A stretch of 64,000 bases of DNA from an uncultured Dehalococcoidia bacterium. Its GTDB lineage: Bacteria; Chloroflexota; Dehalococcoidia; Dehalococcoidales; Fen-1064. The stretch is taken from assembly GCA_903916765.1 (NCBI GenBank), contig CAIWXV010000102.1, forward strand, positions 3,506 to 67,505. Direction: 5' to 3'. A program made the position numbers and the translations under genes. Below, piece by piece: positions 59,870-64,000 of the stretch; position 1 is the stretch's first letter; every line of letters begins with the position of its first letter. The notes below the pieces were generated by a model. The model was not told the DNA's origin. It ran no database searches and was given only the letters and a program-made list of their open reading frames with translations.

Positions 59870-61708
59870 GTGATAGGTAACCTGATAAACGAGCAGTTGA
59901 AACAGTTACCCACCAGCCCGGGTGTTTACCTGATGAAAGGCGCCGATGGCACAATCATCTATGTTGGTAAAGCCGCTGACCTGAATAACAGGGTTCGCTC
60001 TTATTTCCAGGCGTCCTCCAAGCTTACTCCGAAAATTCAGCAGTTGGTTGTCGAAGTCAATGAGCTGGAATTCTTTATTACCTCTTCCGAATACGAAGCG
60101 CTCATTCTGGAAAACAATCTTATCAAAAGGTACCGTCCGCACTACAATGTGCGCCTTAAGGATGATAAAACTTACCCCTACATCAGAATCGACATTAACG
60201 AAGATTGGCCCACGATTTCTTCTACACGGCGATTGAAAGATGATGGGGCTCGTTACTTCGGTCCATTTACCAATGCGTGGTCGGTCAAACAGACTTTGAA
60301 AGCATTGGAGAGTATTTTCCGTCTGCGTACCTGTAGCCGGAATATCACCGGAACAGATAAGCAACCTTGCCTCAAATATCACCTTGGACACTGTCTGGCT
60401 CCCTGCATCGGCGCTGTCAGTAAAGAGGAATATAAAGAGGCGATGAAGCAAACCATCCTCTTTCTCGAAGGTAAGGGGGAAAAGGTTGTCCATGAGCTCG
60501 AACAACAGATGAAATCGGCTGCGGAGGCTCTGGATTTTGAAAAAGCCACGAAGCTACGCGACCGGATTCGTGCCATCAGGAGTGTTATCGAAGGGCAGAA
60601 AATTGCCGCTAAAATCAGTGGCGAAGAAGACGCGATTGCCTTTGCTACCGATAAAGACCAGGCTTATGTTCAGGTATTCTTTGTTCGTGGCGGGAAACTC
60701 ATCGGGCGGGAGAGTTTTGTCTTGACCGGTACCAATGCCGAAGAACCATCGCAGATTATGACCAGTTTCGTGAAACAATTTTACGATTCTGCCACCCATA
60801 TCCCGCCGTTACTTTTGCTCCAGTACCCCATAGAAGATAAAGATGCCATTCAAGAATGGCTCAAGCAAAAAAGACAGGGGGCTGTCAAAATCGCCATACC
60901 CGGAAAAGGCAATAAGAAAAAGTTATTGCAAATTGTTGCAGAAAACGCCGAGCAGGGCTTACGGCAGATGAAAATCAAGCAACTTGCCGCCCCATCGACA
61001 CTTGATTCAGCCCTGAAAGAACTTCAGGAAAAACTCGGGTTACCGCGTTTACCTGTTCGATTGGAAGGTTATGATATCTCCAACATTCAGGGTAAAGAAG
61101 CGGTGGGGAGTATGGTTGTTTTTGAAAACGGCAAATCAAAACCTTCCCATTACCGGCGTTTCCGCATAAAAACAGTACCTGGAACTAATGATTACGCAAT
61201 GTTGCAGGAAGTGCTTAAGCGTCGTTTTAAGCACGTTGCATCGGATAGGGTTGCGACAGTTGCAGGGGAGAGTTGGGGAATTTTACCGGATCTTGTCCTG
61301 ATTGATGGCGGGAAGGGACAACTTAATATCGCCCTGTCAGCAATGAAAGAAGTCGGTGCTGATAAAATACCTGTCGCCAGCCTAGCAAAAGAGAATGAGG
61401 AGATTTTCATCCCGAATCGTAAGACTGCCATTGTCCTGCCGCGAAATTCTCATGGGCTTCAATTACTCCAGCGTCTACGCGATGAATCTCATCGTTTTGC
61501 CGTTGCCTATTATACGAAAGTGCACAAGAAGAAGACCTTCACATCAGCGCTCGATGGAGTTTCCGGCATCGGTCCCAAGCGTAAGCGTGCCTTGTTAAAG
61601 CAATTCGGTTCGGTGAAGGCTATCAAGGATGCCTCATTGGCAGACTTAAAAACTGTAAACGGCATAACATCTGCTCTGGCGGAAAGATTGAAAGAACAGT
61701 TGGGATAA
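59870..61708 (+). CDS. uvrC: Excinuclease ABC subunit C
   Basis: GIY-YIG (GVYLM ... IYVGKA), UVR domain (FEKATKLRDRI), and a C-terminal endonuclease with HhH. GTG 59870 lies 6 nt after GGAG. Confidence 0.95.
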   Translation: MIGNLINEQLKQLPTSPGVYLMKGADGTIIYVGKAADLNNRVRSYFQASSKLTPKIQQLVVEVNELEFFITSSEYEALILENNLIKRYRPHYNVRLKDDKTYPYIRIDINEDWPTISSTRRLKDDGARYFGPFTNAWSVKQTLKALESIFRLRTCSRNITGTDKQPCLKYHLGHCLAPCIGAVSKEEYKEAMKQTILFLEGKGEKVVHELEQQMKSAAEALDFEKATKLRDRIRAIRSVIEGQKIAAKISGEEDAIAFATDKDQAYVQVFFVRGGKLIGRESFVLTGTNAEEPSQIMTSFVKQFYDSATHIPPLLLLQYPIEDKDAIQEWLKQKRQGAVKIAIPGKGNKKKLLQIVAENAEQGLRQMKIKQLAAPSTLDSALKELQEKLGLPRLPVRLEGYDISNIQGKEAVGSMVVFENGKSKPSHYRRFRIKTVPGTNDYAMLQEVLKRRFKHVASDRVATVAGESWGILPDLVLIDGGKGQLNIALSAMKEVGADKIPVASLAKENEEIFIPNRKTAIVLPRNSHGLQLLQRLRDESHRFAVAYYTKVHKKKTFTSALDGVSGIGPKRKRALLKQFGSVKAIKDASLADLKTVNGITSALAERLKEQLG

Positions 61709-61813
61709 ACAGGTAACTTGTAGGATGGAGTGTCTTAACTATTTCTTTCTTGCTTTGTATCTTCCCAAGCCTCGGCGAAGGTTTTTATTCACGAAGATTC
61801 TTTATTGCTTTGT

Positions 61814-61842
61814 TTGACGATTCAGGCGTATTTTGTTATATT
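61814..61842 (+). promoter_or_regulatory. Candidate promoter of the CAU tRNA
   Basis: TTGACG (61814-61819), 17 nt, TATATT (61837-61842). The tRNA 5' end is 9 nt downstream. Confidence 0.55.
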
Positions 61843-61851
61843 GATTTGAGT

Positions 61852-61927
61852 GGCAGGATAGCTCAGTTGGAAGAGCAGAGGACTCATAAGCCTTTGGTCG
61901 TGGGTTCGACTCCCTCTCCTGCCACCA
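61852..61927 (+). tRNA. tRNA with CAU anticodon (elongator Met, or Ile2 needing lysidine), CCA encoded
   Basis: GGCAGGA/TCCTGCC acceptor (G1-C72, so not an initiator) and anticodon loop CTCATAA. There is an A31.G39 mismatch and a U50.U64 mismatch. Confidence 0.85.
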
Positions 61928-61965
61928 TTTTTTCTTCTACACCTAGAATACCACAAGACGAACAA

Positions 61966-62130
61966 GGGATTACTTTAAAATATGCAGTTGATAGTTTCTT
62001 GCTCAACTGTAAGGTGGAAGGTAAAGCACATACTGTTGTTAGAGCAATCGCTACAGCATCATTATTATCTGGCACTTTAGGGTTTTGGGTTTATATAATT
62101 ATGGCAATCGTTGTTCCCATAGAATCCTAA
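61966..62130 (+). pseudogene. Chimeric remnant: tyrosine-recombinase N-terminal fragment fused in frame to a PspC-domain-like C-terminal tail
   Basis: GITLKYAVDSFLLNCKVEGKAHTV resembles the integrase SAM-like N-terminal domain. VRAIATASLLSGTLGFWVYIIMAIVVPIES resembles the end of a PspC domain. There is no start codon after the tRNA, and the track ORF 61750-62130 reads through the tRNA gene. Confidence 0.45.
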
Positions 62131-62222
62131 CAGTCATAATTTGCCGCCGGAGGATTATTTAATGAGAAAGATGGTATCCTTACTGGGGTCGGGTTAATAT
62201 ATTCGGAAAGGGATGCTAATTT

Positions 62223-62570
62223 ATGGGAATTAATAATCATACAGATGCAAGCCTAGTGGCTAAAGCTGCCGATATAGCCGCTCTAGTTGACTACCAAAGA
62301 GGCGCGGTGGTTAGCCGGACGATAATCGAGCATAATACCGGCACGGTAACCCTTTTCGCTTTCGACCAAGGTCAGGGCTTAAGTGAACATACTGCATCAT
62401 TTGACGCTCTAGTTCACGTTATCGACGGTGATGCGGTCATTATTATTGACAACCATAGCATTAACCTGAAAAGTGGTGAAGCAACTATAATGCCAGCGAA
62501 CCGGCCACACGCACTGAAAGCTGATACCCGGTTCAAGATGATGCTGGTGATGATAAAAGATATCAAATAA
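62223..62570 (+). CDS. Small cupin-domain protein
   Basis: 115 aa. Cupin motifs GLSEHTASFDALVHVIDG and PANRPHAL. Confidence 0.7.
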   Translation: MGINNHTDASLVAKAADIAALVDYQRGAVVSRTIIEHNTGTVTLFAFDQGQGLSEHTASFDALVHVIDGDAVIIIDNHSINLKSGEATIMPANRPHALKADTRFKMMLVMIKDIK

Positions 62571-62642
62571 TCGTACGCATCGCTGGGTAATGCTCTCCAT
62601 GTTGGTTCAATGGTGATGCTAATCAGATAAAAAGCTTAGCAG

Positions 62643-62672
62643 AAGGGGAGTGTAAAGCCTCCTTTTTTGTTT
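62643..62672 (+). terminator. Candidate terminator after the cupin gene
   Basis: AAGGGGAG-N8-CTCCTTTT running into TTTTTTGTTTG. Confidence 0.4.
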
Positions 62673-62825
62673 GCGAATTTGTAACAGAGATAATATAATC
62701 AAATCCGACTGCGCAGCACGAGGAATTAACGATTACCGGCACCGAAGGCTATCTTAACTCTAGCAACAAGATAAGAAGTGGTGGTGCTATTGGAGGCAGG
62801 TCACTAACACGGAGGGGAAATTTAA

Positions 62826-63563
62826 ATGAGGTCGAAGTTAATAATTATCGCCGGATTTACAGCATTGCTAACTTCCAGTATCTTGTATTTGGTTGACTAT
62901 CTAATATTCAGGGATAGCCAGCAATTATTGATTCAGCTGGTCGATAATCTATCTTTCATTCCGATCAGTGCGTTCATCGTGGTTGTAGTACTAGAGCGCT
63001 TACTCGCTCGTCAAGAGAAGTTGCTAATACTGAGTAAGTTAAACATGGTAGTAGGTGCCTTCTTCAGTGAAGTCGGCAATAGTTTGATCCACAGACTTCT
63101 CAATTCTTATGAACGAAATGAAGAGATTGCAAAGAGTTTTTCAATTAGTAGTAGCTGGACTCGGGATCGTTTTAAGTCGGCAATAGCTTCTTCCGCTTCT
63201 ATCGCGTCTGAACCAAATGGACGCGTAATTAACTTTGAGGATTTGAAGGCCTTCTTGACGAGTAAACGGCAGTTTCTGTTGGCCCTCTTAGAGAATCCTA
63301 ATCTGATGGAGCACGACAAATTCAGTGATCTGCTTTGGGCTATTTTCCATCTCACTGAGGAACTTGAAGCTCGGTCTTCAGTTGCAGACCTATCCGGCCC
63401 TGATCTGAAGCACATAGAAGGAGATATTGGACGACTTTACGGTCAATTGATTAGTCAATGGCTATCACACGCAGAACATTTAAAGGATAAGTACCCGTAC
63501 CTATTTTCGCTTGTCGTCAGGATGAACCCTTTCTTAAGTCAACCATCGGCAATAATCATATAG
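62826..63563 (+). CDS. Hypothetical membrane protein (2 N-terminal TM helices plus a helical soluble domain)
   Basis: 245 aa. RBS GGAGGGG. No recognised motif. Confidence 0.6.
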   Translation: MRSKLIIIAGFTALLTSSILYLVDYLIFRDSQQLLIQLVDNLSFIPISAFIVVVVLERLLARQEKLLILSKLNMVVGAFFSEVGNSLIHRLLNSYERNEEIAKSFSISSSWTRDRFKSAIASSASIASEPNGRVINFEDLKAFLTSKRQFLLALLENPNLMEHDKFSDLLWAIFHLTEELEARSSVADLSGPDLKHIEGDIGRLYGQLISQWLSHAEHLKDKYPYLFSLVVRMNPFLSQPSAIII

Positions 63564-64000
63564 ATGACTTGATCTGGTGCCTTGAACTAGAGCTTTCTTG
63601 AAGAACAAAGTGGGGTGACGTGCCTCCCATAATGCTACCACCTCTTACGCGTTGCCATGGCTATTAAAATAGCTTCCGGTGCTGTGGTTGATCAATATTC
63701 CCATTGTGGTTGCTTTGTGATAGTAATGGTTACATAATCTCGGCAAGTGTCACTAATCAAATTTACGCAGGACTTAACGGGGATCCCGATGTTTGTGCAA
63801 TGGTGAATAACATCGGTTTGAGTGCCTGATGACTGCTTGCTGATAATATCGACAGGGATTAGGCAGTTAATCTCTATCTTTTCTGGTGTTGCTAGCACTC
63901 TTACGGCGAGAGCTTCAAAGGCGAGTCATTTCTCATCGTCAGTGCATTGCTCGGTGCTTGCCGTAGAAGGTTTACGCTCCGCTATTCAAAACTACGAGGA

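Noticed and set aside
61750-62130. 126-aa ORF called across the tRNA locus
   Set aside because: It reads straight through the tRNA gene and its promoter. Only the distal part carries protein-like similarity, and that part looks like a chimeric pseudogene.
63692-63898. 68-aa minus-strand ORF as a real gene
   Set aside because: It has a GTG start without an SD and no recognisable motif, and it sits in a region where every frame is stop-rich. Support is insufficient.

Overview
This is a compact, roughly 90% coding stretch of bacterial chromosome at about 47% GC (estimated by eye), made up mostly of housekeeping genes. In order it carries radA, queF, a HemN-like radical-SAM gene, cysS, ispF-ispD, a UbiE/MenG methyltransferase with a UbiA prenyltransferase, secG, gatB, a polar amino-acid ABC transporter, folK-queD, xth and mscL. 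A long minus-strand methionine/SAM-cycle block follows (ligA-pth-mtnP-short metE ... ahcY-metK). After it come a K+-independent H+-PPase, efp-epmA, a Ca2+/H+ antiporter, ribF-tyrS, serC-serA, an AbfD-type dehydratase, hisHF, glnA, pyrG, a short transaldolase, rho and uvrC. There are three tRNAs (Lys-UUU, Thr-CGU and a CAU tRNA). The gene content (short core-type MetE, AbfD-like FeS dehydratase, small Cys-rich proteins) suggests an anaerobic Chloroflexota/Dehalococcoidia-like organism, but that is inference only. I saw no rRNA, CRISPR array or intact mobile element. The items most worth a second look are listed here. (1) An uncharacterised trio (APH-fold kinase, degenerate P-loop protein, PHP phosphoesterase) is translationally coupled to ahcY-metK. 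(2) An MFS transporter carries a C-terminal array of seven Trp-centred repeats of about 33 aa. (3) A Cys-rich miniprotein and an unannotated 32-aa basic ORF sit next to the short MetE. (4) A membrane-anchored coiled-coil gene is interrupted by an in-frame TAA. (5) cysS contains an AT-rich in-frame insertion of roughly 80-110 aa. (6) Diverged inverted copies of a roughly 70-nt element bracket the radical-SAM gene. (7) There are decay scars: an integrase N-terminal fragment fused to a PspC-like tail beside the CAU tRNA, and an OmpR-type response-regulator fragment after glnA. All functional calls rest on motifs read from the supplied translations and on recalled family knowledge. No database search was run.
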